Shown here piece by piece: positions 63,790 through 64,000 of a DNA stretch of 64,000 bases. The stretch's first letter is position 1, and every line of letters begins with the position of its first letter. Below the pieces are notes generated by a model. It was not told the DNA's origin. It ran no database searches and saw only the letters and a program-made list of their open reading frames with translations. Origin of the DNA: Thermoplasmata archaeon (GTDB lineage Archaea > Thermoplasmatota > Thermoplasmata > Lutacidiplasmatales > UBA184); assembly GCA_021798195.1 (NCBI GenBank), contig JAJZYH010000001.1, positions 4,351-68,350 of the forward strand. The letters run 5' to 3'. Both the position numbers and the translations under genes were made by a program.

Positions 63790-64000
63790 CCTTGTCCAGG
63801 GCTGTCATGAGGAAGGCCTTTCCCTGGGCGGTCACCCGGTAGCGGTTGGACACGTTCCTCTGGCGCGTCCAGGAATAGACCACGGGGGGGAACCGACGCA
63901 CCATCTGGTTCCGTTCCAGGAGGGCCACCAGGGGCGGGACCCTCACCCGCCCCTCCCGGACGGTCCAGTGCCCCTGCATCCGGAAGGCGATCTCGGGAAG
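63773..64000 (-). CDS. PadR-like winged-helix regulator, C-terminal part (5' end beyond the window)
   Basis: ...VSNRYRVTAQGKAFL... is the wing/recognition pattern of PadR-type proteins. The ORF is open to the window edge. Confidence 0.4.
   Translation of the reverse strand, partial: LPEIAFRMQGHWTVREGRVRVPPLVALLERNQMVRRFPPVVYSWTRQRNVSNRYRVTAQGKAFLMTALDKDDRVP

Noticed and set aside
1-64000. CRISPR arrays, rRNA genes, additional tRNAs
   Set aside because: I found no regularly spaced direct repeats, no rRNA-like conserved blocks, and no other GGTTC(A/G)AATCC T-loop motifs while reading. This was a by-eye scan and is not exhaustive.

Overview
This is a 64-kb chromosomal segment from a high-GC archaeon (roughly 68-70% GC by eye). 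The archaeal assignment rests on sequence features I can see directly: ribosomal protein L37e, an Sm-like protein, archaeal-style S15 next to a RecJ/GAN-like DHH phosphoesterase, a complete A/V-type ATP synthase (K, E, C, I, H, D, B, A, F), AT-rich TATA-like boxes about 25-35 bp upstream of several start codons, a tRNA with a GGTTCAAATCC T-loop, and an N-glycosylation-sequon-rich surface protein. GyrA (with a GyrA-box) and a non-acidic proteome suggest a gyrase-bearing non-halophilic lineage. I cannot determine the exact taxon from the sequence.

Coding density is high, with about 65 protein genes plus one tRNA-Leu(CAG). Most content is housekeeping or metabolic:
- a trx-DUF302-arsR operon
- a TPP enzyme
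- a D-2-hydroxyacid dehydrogenase
- an arginase-fold protein with a degenerate metal site, next to a Fur-like regulator
- an S9 peptidase
- a PhoU/AbrB regulator
- a SoxA/SoxB-like flavoprotein oxidase pair
- a DnaJ-class chaperone with no DnaK nearby
- two DUF72 paralogs
- a beta-CASP/MBL hydrolase
- a ClC channel
- an HPS-RraA fusion
- folP
- an ArsA/Get3-like ATPase
- gyrA
- two tandem SAM methyltransferases

There is one mobile element: a TnpB-only (IS200/IS605, IS1341-like) insertion of about 1.25 kb. It is bounded by a 9-bp direct repeat and about 17-bp imperfect inverted repeats, and sits immediately downstream of the ClC gene.

The most unusual locus is a minus-strand cluster at about 16.9-21.4 kb. 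It encodes a 969-aa HerA/FtsK-like (DUF87) ATPase with a long proline-rich N-terminal region and a C-terminal winged-helix plus restriction-endonuclease-like (PD-(D/E)xK-like) module. One or two small unknown ORFs precede it and a 2H phosphoesterase (ThpR/LigT) follows it. This looks like a candidate uncharacterised DNA-processing or defence-like module.

Other oddities:
- The A/V-ATPase genes are split into two convergent clusters (atpKEC versus atpFABDHI), with an OB-fold protein and an Lpd-like disulfide oxidoreductase between them.
- A 459-aa hypothetical protein has local motifs reminiscent of the EarP glycosyltransferase.
- A membrane-anchored cupredoxin-like protein has a non-canonical ligand motif.
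- There are perfect palindromes in two divergent intergenic regions.

Because of the high GC, every region carries long spurious ORFs on the opposite strand or in other frames. I called genes by recognising protein families and by start/stop overlap logic. Start codons are often uncertain (GTG/TTG starts are common).
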